DNA of 64,000 nt, taken from NCBI RefSeq assembly GCF_003334785.1, contig NZ_QOWV01000008.1, one strand, 5' to 3'. The notes beneath the pieces are model-generated. The model was not told where the DNA came from and did no database searches. It saw nothing but the letters and a program-made list of their open reading frames with translations. The position numbers and the translations under genes were made by a program. This DNA is from Escherichia coli. GTDB lineage: Bacteria; Pseudomonadota; Gammaproteobacteria; Enterobacterales; Enterobacteriaceae. This document shows positions 18,371-28,728 of this stretch, in pieces (position 1 is the stretch's first letter; every line of letters starts with the position of its first letter).

Positions 18371-19744
18371 TTATCTAATATATTTTGTTACTTCCATATT
18401 ATCTTCATCGTCAAAAGAGTACTCAACCATCATACGACTATTTTTACCTGACTTAATATCTTGAAGCCAAGCTGAGGCAACCCTAGGGTCTAAATGCTGT
18501 TTTCTACTCAGCTCATTATTTTTTAGCCTATCAAGCCTTATTGCTCTTTGAAGAGTTTTATCGATGTAGTCTTCCAAATCAATGGACAACCTCCTTTTTG
18601 GATATAAATATTGGTATTCATCACACAATAGTACTCCTGGTAATTTAATTTCGCGTAGGTCGAAAGAATACCAACTATAGTTTTTAGACTCATTAGCTAA
18701 TTCCGAAACTAGATGAGCCCCATTTTGTTGTAAGAGAGATATTTTGTGATCGATGCTAATGTCAGATATTTCTCTTAAAGACTCAAAATGCATGTTTTCG
18801 TAGATAGTATTTAATAAAATACTCTCCATGTAAGAGTAAAAATCAGTACCATCGATGATAATATTAGTTTCATTGTAGACTGCAAGAGACATAAGATATA
18901 TGAAGAAAACTGCGGGAGTACTATTACCTCTGTTTATATCAAGTCTAAGGGAGTTGACATAATCAGGCGGAGAGTTTGAGAAAATTTCTCTTATTAACCA
19001 GTCTGGAATAGTGGTTCTTGTTAGAATGTCAGCGTTCAAACTTGAACGACATAAAAAAATACACATCTTTAATTTTAATTTTATTGAAAATGATGGGAAT
19101 AAATGATCGATGAAAGATAAAATACATGTATACTCTGCTAAGTCTGTTTGTTGCAACTTTTCTTTTATTTCATTTTCAAGCATTTTTAATTTAAAAAAAT
19201 CATTCCTTTTTTCTAATATTTCCCAATGAAATAATTGCTCCTGAGCGTACGCATGCCCCTCTAAAATAGCTAGCATGCTTAAAGGAATGTTTAGGATTTC
19301 TTGATAATTATTAACATACCCAAAGAAATGGACTCTGATATACACACCCATATCGTCATCATATTGTAATGATGCTTTAATATTTTTATAATTTAATTTA
19401 TTAGTGCTGTTGTTTTTGAAGTGATAATGTAAAGTAATTTCAGTATCATCAACTAATAAATTATCAAAAGCCTCCTTTGTTTCATATTTAAAATAGTTAT
19501 ATAGCCGACATGAATAATTTAACCCCCAGTGAGTTGTAGAACAATCAAGTAAATGGATTGTTTCATGGAGATATGTTTTATAAAATTCAATTTCGCTATC
19601 ATCAAAATCATATATGCTTTTACTGTCTATGATATTTTGTGCTTGCGGTAAACTTATATTTAATTCATCGTTTGAAATCTCAATTAAATGTGATGAAAAA
19701 TCATAAGAACCCAATGTTTTGCTGTTAAATATACATCCGCTCAT
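18371..19744 (-). CDS. hypothetical cargo protein B, HExxH motif (possible zinc metallopeptidase)
   Basis: 457 aa, AT-rich; N-terminal YLHETIHLLDCSTTH; start ATG overlaps the integrase stop (ATGA at 19741..19744). Confidence 0.6.
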   Translation of the reverse strand: MSGCIFNSKTLGSYDFSSHLIEISNDELNISLPQAQNIIDSKSIYDFDDSEIEFYKTYLHETIHLLDCSTTHWGLNYSCRLYNYFKYETKEAFDNLLVDDTEITLHYHFKNNSTNKLNYKNIKASLQYDDDMGVYIRVHFFGYVNNYQEILNIPLSMLAILEGHAYAQEQLFHWEILEKRNDFFKLKMLENEIKEKLQQTDLAEYTCILSFIDHLFPSFSIKLKLKMCIFLCRSSLNADILTRTTIPDWLIREIFSNSPPDYVNSLRLDINRGNSTPAVFFIYLMSLAVYNETNIIIDGTDFYSYMESILLNTIYENMHFESLREISDISIDHKISLLQQNGAHLVSELANESKNYSWYSFDLREIKLPGVLLCDEYQYLYPKRRLSIDLEDYIDKTLQRAIRLDRLKNNELSRKQHLDPRVASAWLQDIKSGKNSRMMVEYSFDDEDNMEVTKYIR

Positions 19745-20916
19745 AGCAAATCCCCTAAAAGATAATCAGAGTACCATTGAATCATCGTTTTCCTTTGAGA
19801 AAAATATTGTGCGTGATTATAGGTTCCTCGGATATTGTTCTTATCAACATGTGCTAATTGCATTTCAATCCAGGTACTATCAAATCCCTGTTCATGTAGG
19901 ATTGTTGACATTGTATGTCTAAAACCGTGACCTGTAGCACGTCCTTTGTAACCAAGTAACTCAATCACTTGTGAAACACTTTCTTTTGAAATTGGTTTGC
20001 TACGATTGTTCCTGCCAATAAAAATATAGGGATAATGGCCGGTGATAGGCTTTAGCTGTTTAAAGAGGTCTACCACCTGAGTAGACAAAGGTACAATATG
20101 TGGTCTGCGCATTTTCATACGTTCCGCTGGTATCTCCCATATACCTTTTTCGAGGTCTACTTCTTCCCACGTAGCAAAGCGCATCTCCTGCGTTCTTACA
20201 CCAGTCAGCATGACTATCTTCGTAGCATTTTTGGTGATGATGCTACCGGTATAAGCTTCGAGATCCCGAATAAAATGAGGCAATTCTTCGGCAGATAGAA
20301 ATGGATGATGTTTTTGCTTAGGAACGGCCAGAGCGATGGCTAAATCAGGCGCAGGATTGTATTCAGCGCGGCCAGTTATGATTGCGTAGCGATAAACCTC
20401 ACCGCACCTCTGACGTACCTTACGTGTTTTCTCTAGTGCTCCACGCTTCTCTATTCGTCGCAACACTTCAAGAAGTTCTAAGGGTTTGATTTCACTAATA
20501 GGACGTTTACCAATGAACGGGAAAACATCTTGCTCAAATGTTTTAATAATTTCTTCGCGGTAGGCAAGTGTCCAGCGATCGGCTTTATTTGAGTGCCACT
20601 CACGACATATAGCCTCGAATGAGTTTTCTGTTGAGAGCTGCTGTGCCAGCTTTTGGGCTTTACGTTCTTCCACTGGGTCTATGCCGTTTGCAACCTGCTT
20701 CCGAGCTGTATCGCGTTTCTCACGTGCTTCAGCTAGGCTCACAAGGTCGTAGCTACCAAATGACATTAACCGCGCTTTTCCGGCAAAGCGGAAACGGAAA
20801 CGCCAGCCCTTCGAGCCATCGGGATTGATAAGCAATGACAGGCCCTGCCCGTCGTTCAATGTGTATGGCTTGTCTTGGGGCTTTGCTCGTTTGATTTGTA
20901 TATCTGTAAGTGCCAT
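19741..20916 (-). CDS. int: P4-family tyrosine integrase
   Basis: 391 aa; N-terminus MALTDIQIKRAKPQDKPYTLNDGQGLSLLINPDGSKGWRFRFRFAGK typical of P4-type integrases; C-terminal catalytic region with HGFRHT...Y; adjacent to the tRNA. Confidence 0.9.
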   Translation of the reverse strand: MALTDIQIKRAKPQDKPYTLNDGQGLSLLINPDGSKGWRFRFRFAGKARLMSFGSYDLVSLAEAREKRDTARKQVANGIDPVEERKAQKLAQQLSTENSFEAICREWHSNKADRWTLAYREEIIKTFEQDVFPFIGKRPISEIKPLELLEVLRRIEKRGALEKTRKVRQRCGEVYRYAIITGRAEYNPAPDLAIALAVPKQKHHPFLSAEELPHFIRDLEAYTGSIITKNATKIVMLTGVRTQEMRFATWEEVDLEKGIWEIPAERMKMRRPHIVPLSTQVVDLFKQLKPITGHYPYIFIGRNNRSKPISKESVSQVIELLGYKGRATGHGFRHTMSTILHEQGFDSTWIEMQLAHVDKNNIRGTYNHAQYFSQRKTMIQWYSDYLLGDLL

Positions 20917-21073
20917 GTGTATAAGCCAAAAATATGTATAAAAAATCTATACACATCACTATACATATTTTTCATGGATTCAGGGAGATCTTGTCGGACG
21001 GTTACGGATGAGTGATTTACTATATGTTTTGAAAATAAAGGATTTTTAGACTCTCTCGGATGGTGACGGAAGA

Positions 21074-21098
21074 ATTTTGGCGGAAGATCACAGGAGTC
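21074..21098. repeat. attR core overlapping the 3' end of selC
   Basis: Same 25-nt sequence as 9249..9273. Confidence 0.85.
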
Positions 21099-21172
21099 GA
21101 ACCTGCCCGGGACCGCTGGCGGCCCCAACTGGATTTGAAGTCCAGCCGCCTCACCGGAGACGACGATCTTCC
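21078..21172 (-). tRNA. selC: tRNA-Sec (selenocysteine, UCA anticodon)
   Basis: Reverse complement reads ggaagatcgtcgtctccggtgaggcggctggacttcaaatccagttggggccgccagcggtcccgggcaggttcgactcctgtgatcttccgcca, the 95-nt E. coli selC sequence. Confidence 0.95.
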
Positions 21173-21464
21173 GCGCCTCGATTGCTACATGGAGGCGGGG
21201 CGCATTATAGCTACTTCCTTGAGTTTCTACATCCCCCAGATCAGTTTTTTCCGCCTAATACACGCAGCGTATTATCACGAAAGCATTATAGTTCATATAA
21301 AATCCATATTTTACAATGATATATGAGCGGAATTAACGCTACCACGATCACATAAAACAAGAATCATAAATTAATAACCAGATATCGGAATATTCGCTCT
21401 CACAGGGATGGTTTACAAAATGCGTTATCGGTCTCAGCACCCCTATAGCATCAAGGAAAAGTAG

Positions 21465-22847
21465 ATGAAGAGTGAAGTGTTGTCCGTTAAAGAGAAAATT
21501 GGTTATGGCATGGGAGACGCCGCCAGCCACATTATTTTCGATAACGTAATGTTATATATGATGTTCTTTTATACCGATATTTTTGGCATTCCTGCCGGAT
21601 TTGTCGGAACCATGTTTTTGGTCGCTCGTGCACTGGATGCGATTTCCGATCCTTGCATGGGGTTGTTGGCCGATCGAACGCGCTCTCGCTGGGGTAAATT
21701 TCGTCCGTGGGTACTGTTTGGCGCACTGCCATTTGGGATCGTCTGTGTACTGGCCTATAGCACGCCAGATCTCAGTATGAACGGAAAAATGATTTATGCA
21801 GCAATTACTTACACCCTACTTACCTTACTTTATACCGTCGTCAATATCCCTTACTGCGCATTGGGTGGTGTAATCACCAATGACCCGACTCAGCGTATCT
21901 CGCTGCAATCCTGGCGTTTTGTGCTGGCGACCGCGGGAGGCATGCTTTCTACGGTTCTGATGATGCCACTGGTTAATTTAATTGGTGGTGATAATAAACC
22001 ACTCGGTTTCCAGGGTGGTATCGCGGTCCTTTCCGTGGTGGCATTCATGATGCTGGCATTCTGTTTCTTCACCACTAAAGAACGCGTTGAAGCACCACCT
22101 ACAACGACGTCTATGCGGGAAGATTTACGTGATATCTGGCAAAACGACCAGTGGCGGATTGTCGGTTTACTAACCATTTTCAATATCCTGGCGGTGTGCG
22201 TACGCGGTGGAGCGATGATGTATTACGTCACATGGATTTTGGGTACGCCGGAAGTGTTTGTCGCTTTTCTCACCACTTATTGCGTGGGTAACCTGATTGG
22301 TTCCGCTCTGGCAAAACCGCTGACCGACTGGAAATGTAAAGTCACTATTTTCTGGTGGACGAACGCCCTGCTGGCAGTGATTAGCCTCGCGATGTTCTTT
22401 GTTCCCATGCAGGCCAGCATCACTATGTTTGTCTTCATCTTCGTGATTGGTGTGTTGCATCAACTGGTGACACCTATCCAGTGGGTAATGATGTCCGATA
22501 CCGTCGACTACGGCGAGTGGTGCAATGGTAAACGCCTGACCGGGATCAGTTTTGCTGGCACGCTGTTTGTGCTCAAACTGGGGTTGGCCTTCGGCGGCGC
22601 TCTTATCGGCTGGATGCTGGCTTATGGCGGATATGATGCGGCAGAAAAAGCGCAGAACAGCGCCACGATTAGCATCATTATTGCGCTATTCACGATTGTT
22701 CCGGCGATCTGTTATTTGCTGAGCGCGATTATCGCTAAACGCTACTACTCACTCACGACGCACAATCTGAAAACCGTTATGGAACAGCTGGCCCAGGGCA
22801 AACGCCGTTGCCAGCAACAATTCACCTCTCAAGAAGTGCAGAACTAA
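21465..22847 (+). CDS. yicJ: GPH-family glycoside/cation symporter
   Basis: 460 aa, 12-TM; followed by a GH31 gene. Confidence 0.75.
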   Translation: MKSEVLSVKEKIGYGMGDAASHIIFDNVMLYMMFFYTDIFGIPAGFVGTMFLVARALDAISDPCMGLLADRTRSRWGKFRPWVLFGALPFGIVCVLAYSTPDLSMNGKMIYAAITYTLLTLLYTVVNIPYCALGGVITNDPTQRISLQSWRFVLATAGGMLSTVLMMPLVNLIGGDNKPLGFQGGIAVLSVVAFMMLAFCFFTTKERVEAPPTTTSMREDLRDIWQNDQWRIVGLLTIFNILAVCVRGGAMMYYVTWILGTPEVFVAFLTTYCVGNLIGSALAKPLTDWKCKVTIFWWTNALLAVISLAMFFVPMQASITMFVFIFVIGVLHQLVTPIQWVMMSDTVDYGEWCNGKRLTGISFAGTLFVLKLGLAFGGALIGWMLAYGGYDAAEKAQNSATISIIIALFTIVPAICYLLSAIIAKRYYSLTTHNLKTVMEQLAQGKRRCQQQFTSQEVQN

Positions 22848-22856
22848 GGAACGGCA

Positions 22857-25175
22857 ATGAAAATTAGCGATGGAAACTGGTTGATTCAACCTGGCCTCAA
22901 TTTGATTCACCCGCTTCAGGTGTTCGAGGTTGAACAGCAGGGTAATGAAATGGTGGTCTATGCTGCCCCCCGTGATGTGCGTGAACGTACCTGGCAGCTT
23001 GATACGCCTTTATTTACGCTGCGCTTTTTCTCCCCACAGGAAGGTATTGTCGGTGTACGGATTGAGCATTTTCAGGGGGCGCTGAATAACGGTCCTCATT
23101 ACCCACTCAATATTTTGCAGGACGTGAAGGTCACAATCGAAAACACAGAGCGTTATGCTGAGTTTAAAAGTGGCAACTTAAGTGCGCGTGTCAGCAAAGG
23201 TGAGTTCTGGTCACTGGATTTTCTGCGCAACGGCGAACGTATTACCGGTAGTCAGGTGAAAAATAATGGCTACGTGCAGGACACGAATAATCAACGAAAT
23301 TATATGTTTGAGCGGCTGGATCTTGGCGTTGGCGAAACAGTTTATGGTCTGGGAGAGCGCTTCACTGCCCTGGTGCGCAATGGTCAAACGGTAGAGACCT
23401 GGAACCGGGACGGCGGCACAAGTACTGAACAGGCGTATAAAAATATCCCGTTCTACATGACTAACCGTGGTTATGGGGTACTGGTCAATCATCCCCAATG
23501 CGTCTCTTTTGAAGTGGGATCGGAGAAAGTCTCCAAAGTGCAGTTCAGCGTTGAGAGTGAATATCTCGAATACTTTGTTATCGACGGTCCGACGCCGAAA
23601 GCGGTACTTGATCGTTATACCCGCTTTACTGGTCGTCCGGCGCTGCCGCCCGCGTGGTCCTTCGGTCTGTGGCTAACCACTTCATTTACCACCAACTACG
23701 ACGAGGCGACAGTAAACAGCTTTATCGATGGTATGGCGGAACGCAATCTGCCACTGCATGTTTTCCACTTTGACTGTTTCTGGATGAAAGCCTTCCAGTG
23801 GTGCGATTTTGAGTGGGACCCGCTGACTTTCCCGGACCCGGAAGGGATGATCCGCCGCCTGAAAGCGAAAGGGCTGAAAATCTGCGTCTGGATTAACCCC
23901 TATATCGGGCAAAAATCCCCCGTCTTTAAAGAGTTACAAGAGAAAGGCTATTTACTCAAACGCCCGGACGGTTCGCTGTGGCAGTGGGATAAATGGCAGC
24001 CAGGTCTGGCGATTTATGACTTTACCAATCCGGATGCCTGCACATGGTACGCCGACAAACTGAAAGGTCTGGTCGCGATGGGCGTTGATTGCTTTAAGAC
24101 CGACTTTGGCGAACGTATCCCAACCGATGTTCAGTGGTTTGACGGTTCCGATCCGCAGAAAATGCATAACCATTATGCGTACATCTACAACGAACTGGTG
24201 TGGAACGTGCTCAAGGACACCGTTGGTGAGGAAGAAGCCGTCTTGTTTGCCCGCTTGGCCTCCGTTGGTGCGCAGAAATTCCCGGTACACTGGGGTGGTG
24301 ACTGTTACGCTAACTACGAATCAATGGCGGAAAGCCTGCGCGGTGGTTTGTCTATTGGCCTTTCAGGTTTTGGCTTCTGGAGCCACGATATCGGCGGCTT
24401 TGAAAATACCGCTCCGGCACACGTTTACAAACGCTGGTGCGCGTTTGGTTTGCTCTCCAGCCATAGCCGTTTACATGGCAGCAAATCTTATCGTGTGCCG
24501 TGGGCCTACGATGATGAGTCCTGTGATGTGGTGCGCTTCTTCACGCAACTGAAATGCCGCATGATGCCGTATCTGTATCGTGAAGCTGCGCGTGCAAACA
24601 CGCGGGGTACGCCGATGATGCGGGCCATGATGATGGAGTTCCCGGACGATCCGGCTTGTGATTACCTTGACCGTCAATACATGTTAGGCGACAACGTGAT
24701 GGTTGCGCCGGTGTTCACTGAAGCGGGCGATGTGCAGTTCTACCTGCCGGAAGGTCGCTGGACACACCTGTGGCACAACGATGAACTCGACGGTAGTCGC
24801 TGGCATAAACAGCAGCACAGCTTCCTGAGTCTGCCCGTTTATGTGCGTGATAACACTCTACTGGCGCTGGGCAACAACGATCAACGTCCCGATTACGCGT
24901 GGCACGAAGGCACGGCATTCCACCTCTTTAATCAGCAAGACGGGCATGAAGCCGTCTGTGAAGTGCCCGCTGCTGACGGTTCGGTGATCTTTACTCTAAA
25001 AGCAACACGTACTGGTAACACGATTACTGTGATTGGTGCGGGCGAGGCGAGGAACTGGACACTGTGCTTGCGCAATGTTGTGAAAGTAAATGGTCTGCAA
25101 GGCGGTTCGCAGGCTGAAAGTGAGCAGGGGCTGGTGGTGAAGCCTCAAGGGAATGCGCTGACAATTACGTTGTAA
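22857..25175 (+). CDS. yicI: alpha-xylosidase (GH31)
   Basis: 772 aa; GH31-like motifs (WINPY, KTDFGE, HWGGD). Confidence 0.8.
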   Translation: MKISDGNWLIQPGLNLIHPLQVFEVEQQGNEMVVYAAPRDVRERTWQLDTPLFTLRFFSPQEGIVGVRIEHFQGALNNGPHYPLNILQDVKVTIENTERYAEFKSGNLSARVSKGEFWSLDFLRNGERITGSQVKNNGYVQDTNNQRNYMFERLDLGVGETVYGLGERFTALVRNGQTVETWNRDGGTSTEQAYKNIPFYMTNRGYGVLVNHPQCVSFEVGSEKVSKVQFSVESEYLEYFVIDGPTPKAVLDRYTRFTGRPALPPAWSFGLWLTTSFTTNYDEATVNSFIDGMAERNLPLHVFHFDCFWMKAFQWCDFEWDPLTFPDPEGMIRRLKAKGLKICVWINPYIGQKSPVFKELQEKGYLLKRPDGSLWQWDKWQPGLAIYDFTNPDACTWYADKLKGLVAMGVDCFKTDFGERIPTDVQWFDGSDPQKMHNHYAYIYNELVWNVLKDTVGEEEAVLFARLASVGAQKFPVHWGGDCYANYESMAESLRGGLSIGLSGFGFWSHDIGGFENTAPAHVYKRWCAFGLLSSHSRLHGSKSYRVPWAYDDESCDVVRFFTQLKCRMMPYLYREAARANTRGTPMMRAMMMEFPDDPACDYLDRQYMLGDNVMVAPVFTEAGDVQFYLPEGRWTHLWHNDELDGSRWHKQQHSFLSLPVYVRDNTLLALGNNDQRPDYAWHEGTAFHLFNQQDGHEAVCEVPAADGSVIFTLKATRTGNTITVIGAGEARNWTLCLRNVVKVNGLQGGSQAESEQGLVVKPQGNALTITL

Positions 25176-25227
25176 TCTATTGATGGAATGCCGGGTACGT
25201 CTGAGTCGTACCCGACGAGATTGATGT

Positions 25228-26937
25228 TTACTGCACCGGCTCCGTCGATGTAACTTCACCGCTGGAAACGACGCCCGCATTCATGGTTTGAGTCACTTGC
25301 TGCTTTGCGGCGTTCACGGCATGCAATTGCCCGCTAACCGTAGGTTTCAGCGGGGCATTGGCCTGAATATCTCCACTGGCGGTAAGCTGAATATTGCCGT
25401 CGCCAGTCAACGGTAATTCAGGCCATCCCCATTGTTGCAAAATATTCACCGGCACACCGCGTCCATTCAGGCTGATATGGGTCTGACGTTGTGGCGTTTG
25501 TGAAACACTGGCGGTGGCTTCCAGAATGCCTTTTTCAGTAAATGCACTCAGTTCGCTGATATTCACCGTGCTGCTGTTGGCGGTCAGCGCCAGCGACGGG
25601 CGACGAACATCAACACGATTGAATGTCGCGGCGGCGGCATTCAGATTCGCCGAGCCACTCCAGACGCCCCATTTATGATCGGTAACCAGCGTCAGGTTGG
25701 CACCGTAACCATCGAGCGTGGTGAGCTGCCACGGGAAGTCAGGGTCGATATCAATGATCAGATTGCGGCTGGCGCTAAATCTCTTCAGTTGCAGGCTGTT
25801 TAACCAACCGGGTGTCGTTTCCATCCACAACTGTTGCCAGTTTTTCGGCAAGGTATATTCCAGCCCGGCAATTGCCGCATCATCAAGGATCAACGTTTTC
25901 CCGTCACGCAGCCAGTTCCCTGACGTTCTGACCATACCCCCTTCCCAGCGGCTGGTGAACTGGCGCAGCGCTACGCCCTGCGGGGAAAATTCCGCGTTTA
26001 TAATCGGGTCAAATAAATGCAGCGAACCATAAATGAACTCGCTAGCGTTCATCGACAGTTTGCCTTCTTGTGTCTGCCAGTCATCTTTACTGAAGGTCAT
26101 GTTGCGCAAGCTGAGATCGAGGTCGGTCACCGCCCAGTCCGGACCTTGCAAACGAGCATCGATCACTTCCAGGCGACCAATCTGCAACGACGGGACAGAG
26201 CGTAATGGCGCAAAGAAGTCGGTTAGCGATTTTTCGCTTTGTAGACGGATATCCGCCATGCGCAGGTTTTCCACTTGCCAGCTGCCGTCGGCGTTACGCT
26301 GCGCGTTTCCGGTTAATGTCCCGCGCGCGATGTCGGCACCCAGGTTAGTCAGCGTAACGCGATCGTTATCAATACTGCCTTCAATCAGTACATTGGTGGC
26401 AGGAACATCATTGAGCGAAAGCGATCCGGCACTAAACTGAATCTGCGCCTTCGTACCCAGCACTTTACCGGCTTCTGGTGACCACGGAACCACGCCGCCA
26501 TTTACCCGCTGCGCGCTCAGTTTCCATTCGCTATTCGGGCTATTAAACGCCATATCACGCAGTTGCAGACGATCGGCTTTGAACGGTAGCGGCGCGGTCT
26601 GGTCGGTGAGATTCAGCGTCCCGTTTTCCAGCAGGATGGTATCGACATGGCGTGGTTCGGTCAGTTGCCGACTACTTAGCGCAATGTCGACACTTTTGGC
26701 CACCAGGGTCGCGGGCTGGCCATCACGACCAAACGTGACATTCTCCAGCACGATATGAGATGGCGCGGAAAAACGGTGATCCATCGCCCCGAAGGCCAGA
26801 TGATAGTCGCTATTCTCGGAAACCCATGCGCTGATATGTTCTGCTCCCCAGCGGGTTTGCAGAAGAAAATAGAGGCCAGCGATCACCACTAACAGAGCGA
26901 TGAGAATGTAGAGAAGCAGCTTCCCAATAAATTTCAT
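25228..26937 (-). CDS. yicH: AsmA-family protein
   Basis: ORF 25228..26961; probable start MKFIGKLLLYILIALLVV (N-terminal anchor); ~569 aa. Confidence 0.7.
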   Translation of the reverse strand: MKFIGKLLLYILIALLVVIAGLYFLLQTRWGAEHISAWVSENSDYHLAFGAMDHRFSAPSHIVLENVTFGRDGQPATLVAKSVDIALSSRQLTEPRHVDTILLENGTLNLTDQTAPLPFKADRLQLRDMAFNSPNSEWKLSAQRVNGGVVPWSPEAGKVLGTKAQIQFSAGSLSLNDVPATNVLIEGSIDNDRVTLTNLGADIARGTLTGNAQRNADGSWQVENLRMADIRLQSEKSLTDFFAPLRSVPSLQIGRLEVIDARLQGPDWAVTDLDLSLRNMTFSKDDWQTQEGKLSMNASEFIYGSLHLFDPIINAEFSPQGVALRQFTSRWEGGMVRTSGNWLRDGKTLILDDAAIAGLEYTLPKNWQQLWMETTPGWLNSLQLKRFSASRNLIIDIDPDFPWQLTTLDGYGANLTLVTDHKWGVWSGSANLNAAAATFNRVDVRRPSLALTANSSTVNISELSAFTEKGILEATASVSQTPQRQTHISLNGRGVPVNILQQWGWPELPLTGDGNIQLTASGDIQANAPLKPTVSGQLHAVNAAKQQVTQTMNAGVVSSGEVTSTEPVQ

Positions 26938-27057
26938 GGTCTTCCATCCCGTGAAATGCACATAAGGGAGTTATGCACGATTTACGCGCAATCCTCAAGG
27001 CGGGAATGGTGAAAGAGGTGAGACTGCGGCGGTAATTATCTTACCGCCGCCAGTGAA

Positions 27058-28449
27058 TTACTGTTTTTCTGGTGGGAAAATCAGATTCAGCACGATGGCA
27101 GTAATACCGCCCGCGGCGATCCCGGAGGAGAGCAGGTTTTTCAGCCATTCAGGGGCAAACTGCAAAATCAGCGGCTGCTGAGACACGCCCAGACCAACCG
27201 CCAGCGACAGCGCGATAATCAGAATCGCCCGACGGTTCAGCGGCTCACGAGAAACGATACGCACACCGGAGGCGGCGATGGTGCCAAACATTACAAGCGT
27301 TGCGCCGCCCAGAACCGGTTCTGGAATGTGTTGTACAAAACCGCTCACTGCCGGGAACAGACCCAGCACGATCAACATCAGCGCGACGACAAAACCGACA
27401 TAGCGGCTGGCAACACCAGTCAACTGGATCACTCCGTTGTTTTGCCCGAAGCAGGAGTTCGGGAAGGTGTTAAACACCGCCGAAACAAACGAGTTCAGGC
27501 CGTTTGCCAGCACGCCACCTTTCAGGCGTTTCATGTACAGCGGACCGGACACTGGCTGTTCGGAAACGTCAGAGGTCGCCGTGATATCGCCAATGGTTTC
27601 CAGCGAAGTGATCATAAAGACCAGCATCAGCGGCAGCAGCAGACTCCATTCAATGCCAAGACCGTAATAGAGCGGCGTTGGCACCATAATCAGTTCTTGC
27701 GTCATCGGTTCGTTGCTTTCTGGCAACATGCCCATAAACCACGCCAGCGCATATCCGGCCGCCATCGCAATCACCAGTGAGGCCACGCGTAAGTAAGGGT
27801 TACGTTGACGGTTAAGCAGGATAATTAAGGCTAAGACCACGCCTGCCAGCAGCAGATTTTTCGGTGCGCCGAAGGTGTTATCGCTCATGGCTGCGTAACC
27901 GCCGCCAATGGACGTTAACCCAACCTGAATTAGCGACAGGCCGATAATCATCACCACAACGCCAGAAACCAGCGGCGTAATAATGCGGCGCGCCAGATGC
28001 AGAACGCGGGAGATCACCATCTCGGTGCAACTTGCCAGCATCAACGTGCCGAACAAAGCCGCCATCATGGTAGGAACATCAGCACCACCGGTTTTCAGCG
28101 CGGTACCGCCCATAATCAGCGGGGCAACAAAGTTGAAGCTGGTGCCCTGAATAGACAACAGCCCGGAGCCAACCGGACCCCAGGCCTTAATTTGAATAAT
28201 CGATGCCACACCGGAGGCAAACAGCGACATACTAATAATGTGTTGCGTGTCTTGTGCCGGTAAACCCAGCGCCTGGCAGATTAATAGCGCTGGCGTGATC
28301 ACCGCAACGAACATCGCCAGCAGATGCTGACAGGCGGCAAACAGGGTTTGAGGAAGCGGCGGACGATCTTCAAGACGGTAAATCAGTTCGCTGTTTTGAG
28401 TCTGCGCAACCGGTTGCGCATTTTCTGACTCGAGGGTGGAAACAGACAT
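27058..28449 (-). CDS. xanP: xanthine permease (NCS2)
   Basis: 463 aa from [13 protein letters not shown]; NCS2 transporter profile. Confidence 0.8.
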
Positions 28450-28728
28450 CGAAAACAATCCCGTGGTAGCAAAGCGGGCATTTTAGCTGACCGAAAGAGA
28501 AAAGCAAACGTTTGCCACATCCTCATCTAAATATTTAAATGAGATAAATGCACTTTTTTATATAACTTTTGGTATTTTTCTGCTTAAAATCCATGCCATT
28601 TGTTCATTAACAGCTGAGAATTTGACCCAGGAAAGCATAACTCGATACCCGTCATAGTTCATGAAGTTGCCACTGCGCGATGAAGTATGACGAGTATGAA
28701 AGAGTGATGCGGATACAAAGGAGTAACT

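Larger units (their letters stand above)
9249..21098. mobile_element. P4-like phage satellite (phage-inducible chromosomal island) integrated at selC
   Basis: Bounded by the 25-bp direct repeat; carries integrase next to the tRNA, alpha primase, vis, sid, delta, psu, cos and iterons in P4 prophage order. Confidence 0.85.

Noticed and set aside
9249-21098. Large pathogenicity island (LEE-type or similar) at selC
   Set aside because: The insert is only ~11.8 kb and encodes P4-satellite functions plus two cargo genes; no secretion-system, adhesin or toxin genes are present.
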